Positions 1 to 9,781 of a stretch of DNA of 51,741 bases are shown here, in pieces (position 1 is the stretch's first letter; the number at the start of each line of letters is the position of its first letter). A program made the position numbers and the translations under genes. Below the pieces are notes generated by a model. It searched no databases. It worked only from the letters and a program-made list of their open reading frames with translations, and was not told the origin of the DNA. Origin of the DNA: a virus. Location: the IMG/VR virus record IMGVR_UViG_3300033075_001605; one strand, given 5' to 3'.

Positions 1-2
1 AG

Positions 3-116
3 AAGATGAAACACATTGAGCCAAACGTGATAAAGGCGCAGCCGCCGAAGCAAAAGGCCAAGCCTGGCCAGGAAGACACCTCTGGTCCGGTTCCCATCAC
101 TCCAAAGAAGAAGTGA
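3..116 (+). CDS. hypothetical protein, 5'-truncated at window edge (C-terminal fragment)
   Basis: Open frame runs from the window start to a TGA at 114-116. The Lys/Pro-rich tail ...PITPKKK* is not in the ORF track because it is short and partial. Confidence 0.3.
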   Translation, partial: KMKHIEPNVIKAQPPKQKAKPGQEDTSGPVPITPKKK

Positions 117-376
117 TCATGAGCGGGCGGCGCCGTAAGATCGGCTCCATGGAACCGTCCAAGGAGATCCGCAATATCCCGCTGCCCAAAGGTGGCACCC
201 TCGAACTCGAGGTGATGCCCGGCTTTTACGAACGCGTCAGGGTTCACTTTGGCCTTGCACCTGACGCACCCGTCGACGACGACCACCTACGTATGTTCGT
301 TTTCGGCGCCCTCAAGACAGCAGTCGACAAGGCCGAAGAGGAGATGCAGCATGGAGGACAACCGATACTTTGTTGA
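113..376 (+). CDS. hypothetical protein
   Basis: 87-aa ORF with a GTG start that overlaps the upstream stop (GTGA). It overlaps the next gene only at its 3' end. Confidence 0.35.
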   Translation: MIMSGRRRKIGSMEPSKEIRNIPLPKGGTLELEVMPGFYERVRVHFGLAPDAPVDDDHLRMFVFGALKTAVDKAEEEMQHGGQPILC

Positions 377-755
377 CATGTACGGCGAAATGCCGTGCAC
401 TGAATGCGGCGAGATGTTCGTGCCGCGTGCAACTACTGACGGAGAAGCACTTGATCTGAGGTGTTCAAGGTGTGAAGCCTCGGACACGAGCATTTCTGAA
501 CACCTGCGTGAGTTCGTTGAACTGTTCCTCGAGCGTAAGATGCGAGAGGCAGACGTTTCAGACGGTTCTCGAGTTCCACACGGGTCATCAAAGCACATCA
601 AGGATCTTGAGGTACGCATCGCCGACCTTTCCAGGTGGCGTGACAAGCAGAGACGTGGTAGTGAAGCAAAGGCAAACTACTCTCGGCTCATTTCTCGCCT
701 AAAGGGTGAACTGTCGAGCGCTAAGCGCCAGGCTGCAAAAGCAAGGAGCAAGTGA
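351..755 (+). CDS. zinc-ribbon protein with C-terminal coiled-coil/basic region
   Basis: CTECGEMFVP...CSRCE is a CxxC...CxxC pair. The internal ATG at 351 (MEDNRYF) is preferred over the ORF-track start at 249, which overlaps the upstream gene. The stop overlaps the GTG start of the next gene. Confidence 0.45.
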   Translation: MEDNRYFVDMYGEMPCTECGEMFVPRATTDGEALDLRCSRCEASDTSISEHLREFVELFLERKMREADVSDGSRVPHGSSKHIKDLEVRIADLSRWRDKQRRGSEAKANYSRLISRLKGELSSAKRQAAKARSK

Positions 756-2905
756 GACACGAAGACCTTCGAAGGCTAGTGACTGAGTGGACGCACCTGA
801 ATGAAGGCGGCGCCGCAGGTCACCTGCAACACCTGTACGACAATCTGGAACTGACGTTTGGAGAGATCAAAGACGTCATCAGCAAGGCGTCTGAAGGTAA
901 GCTTGAGAAGGCATCAGAGAAGCTCGACGGCATGAACCTTGTCTTCACGTTTGACGTTGACGTAGGTCTACTCAGGGTTGCCCGCACGGGTTCAGACATC
1001 AAAAACGGTGGCATGGACGCCGCCGGGTTGGCAAAGAAGTTTTTTGGAAGGGGTAACGTTGAGGTTGCCTTTAACGCAGCGTTCAAGGTCCTAAACGAGG
1101 CGCTGACAACGTTGCCTGAAAACGTCAAGGCGCAGGTGTTTGGTGAAAACGGCAACAGGTGGTACTCGTTAGAGATCATCTATGCCGCTGATCCAAACAC
1201 TATCAGCTACGACTCCAACAACGTGGTTTTCCATGGGTGGCCGATCTTTAACGTCGATAACGACGGTGTTGTCGAACAGGTTGACGACGACGCAGGCGTT
1301 CAGGTTCTTTCGTCTCGCATCGAGCAGATGCAAAAGGCAATCAGCATGAAAGACTGGCGCGTTAGAGGGCCGTCGTTGCTAAACATGAAGCAGATTTCTG
1401 ACGGGACTGTCGCCAAGAAAGCGATCGACCAGATCAACGCTGCCATGTCCCAAGGCAACGTAAACGATGAAAGCACGGTGTTCGATTACTTACGCAGCCT
1501 GATGCAAGATGAGGTCGCAAACCTAAACCTTCCTGACAACGTGTCTTCGATGGTCGTCGAGCGCGCCATCGAAGCTCCAGACGCCCCGAGCGTACCAGAG
1601 ATCAAACGAGTTGCATCGCCAGACACACACCAAGCGATCGCAGCGTTCATCAGGTCGTCTGAGCAGCTCAAGCAGCAGATGATCGCGCCCATCGAAGGCG
1701 CGATACACCAGTTTGCAATCGAGGTGCTACGAGGCCTAAAGTCAACGTTGATAGCAAGGTCTGATGATGAAGTCGCGCGCCTCCGGACGCAGGTCGCCAA
1801 GGCGATCAAGGCGATTGAGGCCTCAGGCAACCAGGCGGCGATGGACGTGTTGCAGAAGGAGATGCAAAGGTTAGGCAACGTTGAAAACATTGGCGCAGCG
1901 ATGGAAGGCGTTGTCTTCTTTTACAAGGGCCAGGCGTACAAGTTTACAGGCGCATTTGCTCCAGCGCATCAGATACTGTCGTTGTTCAAGTATGGTCGCA
2001 AGGGCATCCCAAAGATGGACATGGGTGAGTCGATCACACGGCATGGACCCATCAACGAAGGCGGCTATGCGTTCAATAACGTCAGCTCAATTACGCTTAG
2101 CGACTTTAAAGAAACGTGGCCGTTCATAAAAGACGACTTGGAAACGTTGGGATGCACAAAGGTTGAGTTCATCGGCAGCACAGGCAAGAAACCTGTCATG
2201 GGTGATGTTGACCTTGCAGCAGAGTTTCCTGGCCCACGTGACGAGCTGCTTAGCTATGCACAGGACATGTTTGGCAAGGAAAACGTTGACAAGGTTGGCG
2301 CAACGATCGTCACCATCAGCTACCCGGTGCACGCAGCCGAAGGCGGACACACCGGCACAAGGGTTCAAGTCGACGTCATGCTTGGGAAAACAAGCTACCT
2401 TAAATGGTCGCGCTTCGGCACTTCGTCTGATCCTACGCACGTCGACTACTCTCCTGCAAAAGGTGTCGCAAGAAACGTGTTGATAAATGTGATCACGCGT
2501 TTTTCTGCAGGCCAAGACTTTCCAGGACAGCAGACGGAGCTTGACAGGACACGCTACGCTGTCGACTTTGACAAGGGTTTGTATAAGGTGACGCAGACGA
2601 AAAGGAACAAAAACCCTGGTGGTCCTCAGCTAAAGGATTGGCGCACCGTTGAACGAAAGCTGATCAGCGATGATCCTGACGAAATTGTAAGGATCATTCT
2701 TGGGCCATACGCAAAGGCTTCAAGCCTTCAAAAAGTGGAAGATGTCATGCTCGCCTTGCGCCGTTCAAGACCCAATGATGCCCAGCAAATCCTGCAGGCA
2801 TTTGCGAATGAGCTACGCGTGTTGCTAGAAAAGACGCCCAAGATGCTAGGCAACGATCCACAGGGAGTCATTAGGTATATCGACCAGTTGGTTGCAGGCG
2901 GATAA
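752..2905 (+). CDS. covalent nucleotidyltransferase superfamily protein (RNA/DNA ligase- or capping-enzyme-like), 717 aa
   Basis: The start is GTG. A KxDG motif I (ASEKLDGMNLVF) is present, and the later AAMEGVVFFYKGQAYKFTG resembles motifs IV/V (EGxV...KxxxxK). The N-terminus DLRRLVTEW fits the shared [LIV]xE motif. The ligase-versus-capping assignment is uncertain. Confidence 0.45.
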   Translation: MRHEDLRRLVTEWTHLNEGGAAGHLQHLYDNLELTFGEIKDVISKASEGKLEKASEKLDGMNLVFTFDVDVGLLRVARTGSDIKNGGMDAAGLAKKFFGRGNVEVAFNAAFKVLNEALTTLPENVKAQVFGENGNRWYSLEIIYAADPNTISYDSNNVVFHGWPIFNVDNDGVVEQVDDDAGVQVLSSRIEQMQKAISMKDWRVRGPSLLNMKQISDGTVAKKAIDQINAAMSQGNVNDESTVFDYLRSLMQDEVANLNLPDNVSSMVVERAIEAPDAPSVPEIKRVASPDTHQAIAAFIRSSEQLKQQMIAPIEGAIHQFAIEVLRGLKSTLIARSDDEVARLRTQVAKAIKAIEASGNQAAMDVLQKEMQRLGNVENIGAAMEGVVFFYKGQAYKFTGAFAPAHQILSLFKYGRKGIPKMDMGESITRHGPINEGGYAFNNVSSITLSDFKETWPFIKDDLETLGCTKVEFIGSTGKKPVMGDVDLAAEFPGPRDELLSYAQDMFGKENVDKVGATIVTISYPVHAAEGGHTGTRVQVDVMLGKTSYLKWSRFGTSSDPTHVDYSPAKGVARNVLINVITRFSAGQDFPGQQTELDRTRYAVDFDKGLYKVTQTKRNKNPGGPQLKDWRTVERKLISDDPDEIVRIILGPYAKASSLQKVEDVMLALRRSRPNDAQQILQAFANELRVLLEKTPKMLGNDPQGVIRYIDQLVAGG

Positions 2906-2919
2906 TTACGGATAGCAAA

Positions 2920-4272
2920 ATGGGAACTTTACGAATGAAGCTGCTTGTGCGAGAAGCAATCAGGCAAGCGCTCCTAGAAGACGACGCGGCCCGAGCCGGA
3001 GAGGCTTTGAAAGCTGAAGAAAGGGCAGCCAAGGAAGCCTATGAAAAGGCGGTTGCTGACCTTGCTCGTTGGGACGCGGAGGAGGCAAAACGCGTTGCGC
3101 TTATCAACAGGGCACAAGAGCTAGGCATAAAGCTGGGCGACAACAAGGCGTCAAAAGACCTTAGAAAAGACCCAAAGTATAGCTATGACGCTAAGGTCCT
3201 TCAAGGTAAGCGAGAAACGTTAGTAAAAAAGCTTGAAAAAGCAAAGGATGAATACGGCGCATATGACGCCGCCGCAGTCTCATATAAGCGAGTAGCATCT
3301 GGCGGCGCAAAGACGCCAGCCAACATGCAGATGCCGGACCCTAAAACAAAGGTCTACATGCCGATCAGCGAAATTAAGCCGTTGAGGTGGTATAGCTGGT
3401 CTGATCCACGCTGGGCCAAGGCAGTCAAGAACATTGCCTTTGGAAGCAGCAAAGAAAAGTCTGGGGTTGAACAGGCCGGCACAGGACCGGGAGAAGAACG
3501 CCTCGCCAAGATTTTCGGCGGAAAGGTGCAAGGCGGCGGCGTGTCGTTTGACGTTGTGACGCCTGACGAACGTCGATGGGAGGTCAAGGCGTTGGAGACT
3601 GCCAGCACGTTGATCAGGCCAGGCACAGAGGGCCGCGCAGCCTTTGAAAAGCCTCGGAAGCAGCTGCAACGGATCATGATCCAGATCCGTAACTTTAGCA
3701 TCATAACGAAGAAGCTAGGGCCTGACGTAGCTGACAACCAGGACGACGTTGCGATCCTGAAATACATCTCTGATTTCATTGATGATGAGTTTGAGATGTT
3801 TGCCAAAGGTGAAATCTCGCCTGAACGTTTCAAAGGCCTGCGCGCGGTCCTGAAGGCGTTGTCTTTCTTGAAAAAGAAATGGATGCCAGGAGAAAAGCCG
3901 TCAGATGAACTGATTGTTGGGCTTGCTGACAAGAAAATTCCAGTTGACCAACCTACGTTCATTGACGTAGCAAAGAGGGTTCAGAAGTCGTCTCCTGACG
4001 TTGACGTGCTTAGCAACTTTGAGGAGAAAGAGGTAGCGTGCGCAGCATTGAAGGACCCTGCGTTTGAAAACCCGACAGGGTTTTTCAATGACTGGTTTGA
4101 AACAGTCGATATCAACAGGGTCTTTGAGCAAGTTGACGGCGTCTTCATCGTCAACTCAAAAGGCTTCAACATGGTGCCAAAGCCGCTGTTTCAAAAGGCG
4201 TTTAAGTTTAGCCAGGTTAGCCAGCTCGTTCCAAGGTTTAGGTTCGTCTTCTACGCTTCGTCAGAAGAGTGA
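2920..4272 (+). CDS. hypothetical protein, possible PD-(D/E)xK-type nuclease fold
   Basis: 450-aa ORF. The N-terminus MGTLRMKLLVREAIRQALL carries the shared motif. An internal FDVVTPDERRWEVKALE is D...E-V-K-like. The nuclease assignment is weak. Confidence 0.6.
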   Translation: MGTLRMKLLVREAIRQALLEDDAARAGEALKAEERAAKEAYEKAVADLARWDAEEAKRVALINRAQELGIKLGDNKASKDLRKDPKYSYDAKVLQGKRETLVKKLEKAKDEYGAYDAAAVSYKRVASGGAKTPANMQMPDPKTKVYMPISEIKPLRWYSWSDPRWAKAVKNIAFGSSKEKSGVEQAGTGPGEERLAKIFGGKVQGGGVSFDVVTPDERRWEVKALETASTLIRPGTEGRAAFEKPRKQLQRIMIQIRNFSIITKKLGPDVADNQDDVAILKYISDFIDDEFEMFAKGEISPERFKGLRAVLKALSFLKKKWMPGEKPSDELIVGLADKKIPVDQPTFIDVAKRVQKSSPDVDVLSNFEEKEVACAALKDPAFENPTGFFNDWFETVDINRVFEQVDGVFIVNSKGFNMVPKPLFQKAFKFSQVSQLVPRFRFVFYASSEE

Positions 4273-4277
4273 TGCTG

Positions 4278-4905
4278 TCAAAAAAGACGTTTCTGGCTTA
4301 GGACGCTACGAACGTAGCAACGAAGCAACGCCTCGTTTTTTGCACGGCTAGCCTTTCTAGGCTTAGGCTTTTCCACGGCTGTAGATGTCAAAATACGCCA
4401 TACTTCTTCGCCATCGATCGCTGGTGGCATAAACCTTAGGAACGACTGCTTGTCGCCGTCCTTAAGGTACCTTCGCATCTGCGTACCGCTAACATTTACT
4501 GTTGATGTTCTTTCGACTGGCCTGATGTGGATCCTTCCTTCGTTGAAGGCACGGGGTGCATACTTTTGAAGATAGGTCGCAGGAAAGTTTGCTGCTGCGT
4601 CCTTAACGTCAGAGTATAACCATAGCTCATCTTTCAGCCCAGCGACGTCAGCGTCCCCGATGTACTTGAATGCTTTTCCCACAGGCGATCCGCCAAGCTC
4701 TACGACAACGTTTGCCGGCAGCGTTGGCGTTATGATCCTTTCCCAGATCGTTTTCATCGCCTGCCCGCTGACCTCTTCCCTGTCTGACGTAGAAACATAA
4801 AGGAGCACCTCGTCACATTCCCTGGCAGCAAGGCGCACTAACCCATCATGGCCAGCGTGATACGGCTTTCCGCTTATCGGTACAATTCCAATTTTTGCCA
4901 CTAGT
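4278..4905 (-). CDS. HxGH-type nucleotidyltransferase (cytidylyltransferase-like; NMN/NaMN adenylyltransferase-like)
   Basis: IGIVPISGKPYHAGHDGLV contains the (H/T)xGH signature, and VSGTQMRRYL is an ISxTxxR-like C-terminal motif. The likely GTG start (VAKIGIV) has AAGGA upstream. The ORF-track ATG at 4961 would overlap the divergent NUDIX gene. Confidence 0.6.
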
Positions 4906-4939
4906 GTCAATCCTTGTGTGGGTGTAGTAGTAAATAAGG

Positions 4940-5410
4940 ATGAGCAAGAAGAACAAGGCACGCAAGCAGTCTATGTCTTGCGGCGCAGTTGCATGGAGGA
5001 TCAACGATGGCATCATCGAAGTCTTGTTGATCAAGCAGTTTGCGCATAAGGACAGCTGGGGAATCCCTAAGGGACACATCAACAAGGGAGAAACGTTGGA
5101 AGAATGCGCAATCCGCGAGGTCAGGGAAGAGACAGGGATCAACGTCTCCTTGGGCTCACGACTGCCAGACGCAAAGTCTTTTGTTAAGCACGAAGACAAG
5201 ACTGTTGTTTCATACTTGGCAAAGCCAGTCGGCAACCAAACCCCTTCGTCTGGTGATCCTGACTGCGAAGTGGCAGACGCAAGGTGGTTTTCTGTTGATT
5301 CTTTGCCAACGATACACCTGTACCAACGACCTTTGTTGGAGGAAGCAGTTAGGCTCATCAAGAAACTCGCTGCTGATGAAGCAGGGTCGTCAGACGAAGC
5401 GACCGAATGA
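4940..5410 (+). CDS. NUDIX hydrolase
   Basis: Nudix box GHINKGETLEECAIREVREETGI, which is Gx5Ex7REuxEExGu. Confidence 0.8.
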   Translation: MSKKNKARKQSMSCGAVAWRINDGIIEVLLIKQFAHKDSWGIPKGHINKGETLEECAIREVREETGINVSLGSRLPDAKSFVKHEDKTVVSYLAKPVGNQTPSSGDPDCEVADARWFSVDSLPTIHLYQRPLLEEAVRLIKKLAADEAGSSDEATE

Positions 5411-5634
5411 ACGACCAGCTTCTTGACGCGATTGTGTTTGTTTTTAGCTACGCTTCAAACGTTGACGACTGGATCACTATCAAAAAGGAGCTTCTAAAGG
5501 CGCTCCCGCCAGACGCTAGAACGTCCTTTTCGATACGTGATCCTAAGACCAAACGTCAGGTGCCAAATGAGCTTGAAAAGCTGATCGCTGCAAGGTGGGA
5601 AGAGATGACTGGGCGTCAGGTCCTATTTAGGTAG
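5407..5634 (+). CDS. hypothetical protein
   Basis: 75-aa ORF whose ATG overlaps the upstream stop (ATGA). Confidence 0.5.
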   Translation: MNDQLLDAIVFVFSYASNVDDWITIKKELLKALPPDARTSFSIRDPKTKRQVPNELEKLIAARWEEMTGRQVLFR

Positions 5635-5635
5635 C

Positions 5636-6649
5636 ATGACACTTAAGCTGCTGCGAGAATACATCCAAGCTGTTCTGGTTGAAGACATGGGCGGCGACTA
5701 CGGCGGGCTTGGGTTTGGTGACGCCATGGGCGACATGCCGTATGGGATGCATTTCGCCAGCCAAGACCAGCTTTACAAGATCTTCGTCAAGCCATTCGCC
5801 GACGTTGTCGGCGTTGCTGCTGGGAAAACAAAGGAGCTTTCGCAACGCGGCATCACAGCCCTTAACGTTGCGTTTGAAGCGATAGCAACAACGCTTATTC
5901 CGATCCTAAAAGACAGCTATGGCGAGATCTTTCAGAAAGAAAAGCAGCAGATCGACAAGATAAGGTCGGAGTACTCAGACGTCTATCAAGCCACCTGGGA
6001 TGCATTCAACGAGATGGATGTGGTCGTCGCAGCCTTTGCCTATCGCCCAGATCTCTTTTTGACTGCCAAGTTTGCTAAGCACGCGCCTAAAGCAGCAGCA
6101 AAGCTCTTAAGCGTTTTGTCGGGAGGTTCGTTGGACAACGTCCTTCATGGCTTGCTTAAAAGCAGCGGGAAGCGACACGTTGACCATTCAGAGGGTCCCG
6201 GCATGCCAATTGAATCTTTGATACGTGAGGAAAAGGACAACGAACCGTCAAAGCTTGAAAAGCTCATCACCAACAAAAAAATCAAGCAAGTGTTGGCAGG
6301 AAGCCCAAAGGTTCAGCAGCTTGCGAAGGTTGGCTCAGAGCTTGTCCAAGGAACGTTAAAGGACGTTTTTTCACAGGCCAACAACGTCATGAACGCAAAG
6401 TCGTTACAGGACCTGCAGTCTAAGCTTGGGAAAAAGCTGCCGGGCATTGACAAGCTTTCTCAGGTGCCTCAACGGGAACGTGAACAGGCTGAACAAAAAC
6501 TTTTGGTTGGCGTGCAGAGGGGAATGAAGGAGTTTTACGTAAAGCAGCTGGAAGGTCAGGTAAAAGCCGCCATCGAGGCAGGCGTGCCGAAGGATCACCC
6601 GTTTGTGGCTGATTACGTGAGCGTTATCTCAAAGATCAAGGGGCTGTGA
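5636..6649 (+). CDS. hypothetical protein (alpha-helical)
   Basis: 337-aa ORF. The N-terminus MTLKLLREYIQAVL carries the shared [LIV]xE motif. Confidence 0.65.
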   Translation: MTLKLLREYIQAVLVEDMGGDYGGLGFGDAMGDMPYGMHFASQDQLYKIFVKPFADVVGVAAGKTKELSQRGITALNVAFEAIATTLIPILKDSYGEIFQKEKQQIDKIRSEYSDVYQATWDAFNEMDVVVAAFAYRPDLFLTAKFAKHAPKAAAKLLSVLSGGSLDNVLHGLLKSSGKRHVDHSEGPGMPIESLIREEKDNEPSKLEKLITNKKIKQVLAGSPKVQQLAKVGSELVQGTLKDVFSQANNVMNAKSLQDLQSKLGKKLPGIDKLSQVPQREREQAEQKLLVGVQRGMKEFYVKQLEGQVKAAIEAGVPKDHPFVADYVSVISKIKGL

Positions 6650-7214
6650 TGTCAGCGATGACCGGGTTGCTGGTCGCTGCGTGCCAAAAGATGCCGTGGA
6701 GGCCGTGTTCAGCTAGCCTTGCGACTAACCTGTCCTGAACCACCTGCGTGTCTTCAGACAACCGTCGCAGCGCAGGGTGCCATTCGATGTATAGCTTGCT
6801 GATCAGCTTGATCGAGCCTTCGTTGATCATCTTTTCGAGCACCTCGTACTCCGAGCCTTCGATGTCTAACTTCAACACAACGTAATCGTCTGGTGTGAAA
6901 CGTTCACGTACCCACCTGCTGAAGTCGATGCACGGCACGTCTACGTGGATCTGCTTGTTGACGATGTATTTGTTTTCCCTGTGTAGCGAGGAGCTAATCG
7001 TCCACATCCCAGCGTTGTAAAACGTGATGGTGCCGTCCTCAATCCAGATGGCTTCATTGTGAAACTCAATGTCTGTCAGGTCCTTGAAGTCATCATGCAA
7101 CGAAACGTTAGGCTCAAACGAGATGATTGAGAACTCTTCCGCTTTTGGGTACTGGCTACGAAACAGCCTGACAGATTCGCCCTTGTGCCCGCCGCCGTCG
7201 ATGAAGTATTTCAC
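6636..7214 (-). CDS. FkbM-family SAM-dependent methyltransferase
   Basis: YFIDGGGHKGES...SFEPN is a glycine-rich SAM motif followed by FEP. LKLDIEGSEYEVL is typical of the FkbM domain. Confidence 0.7.
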   Translation of the reverse strand: MKYFIDGGGHKGESVRLFRSQYPKAEEFSIISFEPNVSLHDDFKDLTDIEFHNEAIWIEDGTITFYNAGMWTISSSLHRENKYIVNKQIHVDVPCIDFSRWVRERFTPDDYVVLKLDIEGSEYEVLEKMINEGSIKLISKLYIEWHPALRRLSEDTQVVQDRLVARLAEHGLHGIFWHAATSNPVIADITAP

Positions 7215-7255
7215 TGCTTAGGTATGCATGAAACAAGACAAGGCAAGGTGTTAAG

Positions 7256-7549
7256 ATGCTGTTCATGGGAAAACGAGCACCTAAGCAATATAACGTTGCG
7301 CATCTTCAGCCTGATGAGATCAATGCCCTTCGCGCCTTAGTCAAGGAGTTCATCACAAAGGTGTCTGCCGTTGATGCAGAGATCGAGCTTCTGAAGAACG
7401 ATAGGAAAGAAATCATCGAAGAGTATCAGGAAAAGCTTGACATGAAGACCCTGACAGCTGCGCTGAAGGTCATCAAGATCCAGCAAGGCGTGCAGCATCG
7501 TGACACATACGACCTGTTCATAGAAGCCTTGGAAGATCCCACGATGTGA
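7256..7549 (+). CDS. hypothetical coiled-coil protein
   Basis: 97-aa ORF with heptad-like K/E/L composition. Confidence 0.5.
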   Translation: MLFMGKRAPKQYNVAHLQPDEINALRALVKEFITKVSAVDAEIELLKNDRKEIIEEYQEKLDMKTLTAALKVIKIQQGVQHRDTYDLFIEALEDPTM

Positions 7550-7562
7550 TGTAAGGAAACAA

Positions 7563-8828
7563 ATGATTACATCACGTTGGAAAGGCATCAAGCGTCCTTA
7601 CACAAAGAACGACGTAAGCAAGCTACGAGGGCGAACAAGCGTTGAACATACGCTGGCGCGCTTGGGCGCAAACAAGCTGTGGAGCCTGATGACCGAGCAG
7701 CCATACCTGGCTGCCTTAGGCGCGCAGACTGGTAACCAAGCTGTGCAAATGGTCAAGGCTGGCTTACGCTCCATCTACGTCAGCGGGTGGCAGGTCGCGG
7801 CAGACGCTAACCTTTCGCAACAAACCTATCCTGACCAAAGCCTTTATCCAGCCAACAGCGTTCCAACGCTTGTTCAACGGATCAACCAGTCGCTCTTAAG
7901 AGGCGAGCAGATCGAACACCTGGAAGGAAAGGACGATCGTGATTGGATGGTTCCGATCGTTGCAGACGCCGAGGCCGGCTTCGGCGGGCCGCTGAACGCG
8001 TTCGAGCTGATGAAGGGCATGATCGAGGCAGGCGCCGCGGGCGTCCACTTCGAGGACCAGCTTTCAAGCGAGAAGAAGTGCGGCCACCTCGGCGGCAAGG
8101 TGCTCGTGCCGTCGTCGCAGTTCATCCGGACGCTCGTCGCAGCCCGGTTAGCCGCAGACGTGATGGACGTACCGACGGTGATCGTTGCTAGGACAGATGC
8201 CTTAAGCGCCAAGCTAATCACCAGCGACATTGACCAAACAGACGCACAGTTCATCAGCAAGAAAGAAGGCAGAACGTTAGAAGGCTTTCATTACGTTGTT
8301 GGTGATCCGCTTCAACACGCTACACACCGTGCGTTGTCCTTTGCACCGTACGCTGATGTGCTATGGTTTGAGACGTCTGAGCCTAACCTTGCTGAAGCGA
8401 TGAGGTTTGCGGAAGACGTTCACAAACGCTACCCAGGTAAGCTGCTGGCGTACAACTGCTCGCCGAGCTTCAACTGGAAGAAAAAGCTTAGCCATGACGA
8501 CATTGCGTCCTTTCAGCGTGACCTAGGTGAGCTCGGGTATGCGTTTCAGTTTGTCACGCTGGCCGGTTTTCATGCAAATTCGTTGGCGCTGTTTCAGCTA
8601 GCAAACGACTATGCATCGCGTGGGATGTCGGCCTACGCTGACCTTCAGCAGAGAGAGTTTGCAGAAGAGAAAAACGGGTACACCGCGACGCGCCACCAAC
8701 GAGAGGTAGGCACCGAGTACTTCTCTGAGGTTTCTAGGGTAATCAGCTCTAACCAGTCGTCAACGCTCCCGATGGAGGCATCAACTGAACGAGAGCAGTT
8801 TGACGACACGACTCCTAAACATACCTAA
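7563..8828 (+). CDS. aceA: isocitrate lyase
   Basis: The catalytic KKCGH motif ([14 protein letters not shown]) is present. The order SGWQ..., DADAGFGG and VARTDA matches ICL over about 420 aa. AAGGAA lies 6 nt upstream of the ATG. Confidence 0.9.
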   Translation: MITSRWKGIKRPYTKNDVSKLRGRTSVEHTLARLGANKLWSLMTEQPYLAALGAQTGNQAVQMVKAGLRSIYVSGWQVAADANLSQQTYPDQSLYPANSVPTLVQRINQSLLRGEQIEHLEGKDDRDWMVPIVADAEAGFGGPLNAFELMKGMIEAGAAGVHFEDQLSSEKKCGHLGGKVLVPSSQFIRTLVAARLAADVMDVPTVIVARTDALSAKLITSDIDQTDAQFISKKEGRTLEGFHYVVGDPLQHATHRALSFAPYADVLWFETSEPNLAEAMRFAEDVHKRYPGKLLAYNCSPSFNWKKKLSHDDIASFQRDLGELGYAFQFVTLAGFHANSLALFQLANDYASRGMSAYADLQQREFAEEKNGYTATRHQREVGTEYFSEVSRVISSNQSSTLPMEASTEREQFDDTTPKHT

Positions 8829-8876
8829 GCTAGGTTTGTTCTGAACACAGTGACAGTCTTGAAGTAGGATCGTTGC

Positions 8877-9269
8877 ATGAGCGAACAAGAAAAACCGCGA
8901 AAGACTTATACGGTTCGTTTGACAAGGGCGGAGCTCGTGCATCTACGAGATCTTTTTTCCGTTTTGCTTCCGTTGGAGATGAAGGAAACCCTTAGCCATC
9001 GTTTGGCACACCTTCAGGACCGTGTCATGGTGGAGGCTAAGCTATGGCAAAAGGTGGTGGCAGCGTGCCAGGAAGCCAACCTTCCGCTTGACGATGACGC
9101 CCCTGACTTTGTTGTCACTGCGTCCGCTGCGCCTCCGATCGGCGTGTTTGAGCTTTCGTCTGACGCTGAACAGCAGGACAACCTCCTTGAAAATGCTTTC
9201 GTGGCAGAGGAGGATGAAGAGGATGATGAAGAGGAAGGGTCAGACGACCTTGAGGAGGACGAGGAATGA
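8877..9269 (+). CDS. hypothetical protein with strongly acidic C-terminal tail
   Basis: The ORF ends ...EEDEEDDEEEGSDDLEEDEE. Its stop overlaps the next start (ATGA). Confidence 0.55.
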   Translation: MSEQEKPRKTYTVRLTRAELVHLRDLFSVLLPLEMKETLSHRLAHLQDRVMVEAKLWQKVVAACQEANLPLDDDAPDFVVTASAAPPIGVFELSSDAEQQDNLLENAFVAEEDEEDDEEEGSDDLEEDEE

Positions 9270-9781
9270 GCTACACAGTAGGTCAGGTCATCTACGTTGT
9301 CCTTAACAAGGAAGCGCGCGTCTACCCGATGCAAATTGTTGAAGAGATCACCAAGAAAACGCTTGAAGGCGAGATGGTTACATACATGGTCCGCGGCGGC
9401 GCGGAGCCGGCAACGGTCGTATCGATATCACAGGTCAACGGAGAGATCTTCGACTCAATCGACGAGGCATCGGAGGCGCTAAAGGCCCGTGCAATCGCAA
9501 GCATCAACAAGCTCATCGCCGCCGCGCGCCAGAAAGCTGAGGAATGGTATCCTAACGCAGTCGCTGTTAACAAAAGCGTCGACAGCGCTTTTATGGACGT
9601 CCCAACGCCTTCGCTGCCTAAAGCCAAGGCCAAGAAGAAGTTTGATCCAGTAGCCGAGCTGCAAAATGACCTTCAAAAAGAGGCAAACTCTCCTGCGTTA
9701 GAAGAGGGTTCTGTCATGATGCTTCCAGACGGAACAAAGGTAAAGGTAGCGTCAATCAAGCTTCCTGACTCGGTGCAGTAG
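9266..9781 (+). CDS. hypothetical protein (N-terminal small beta-barrel-like segment)
   Basis: 171-aa ORF translationally coupled to the upstream gene. Confidence 0.55.
   Translation: MSYTVGQVIYVVLNKEARVYPMQIVEEITKKTLEGEMVTYMVRGGAEPATVVSISQVNGEIFDSIDEASEALKARAIASINKLIAAARQKAEEWYPNAVAVNKSVDSAFMDVPTPSLPKAKAKKKFDPVAELQNDLQKEANSPALEEGSVMMLPDGTKVKVASIKLPDSVQ

Noticed and set aside
3280-4172. Several minus-strand ORFs (3280..3669, 3354..3962, 3901..4131, 3981..4172) inside gene 2920..4272
   Set aside because: They are antisense shadows of a long, well-supported plus-strand ORF.
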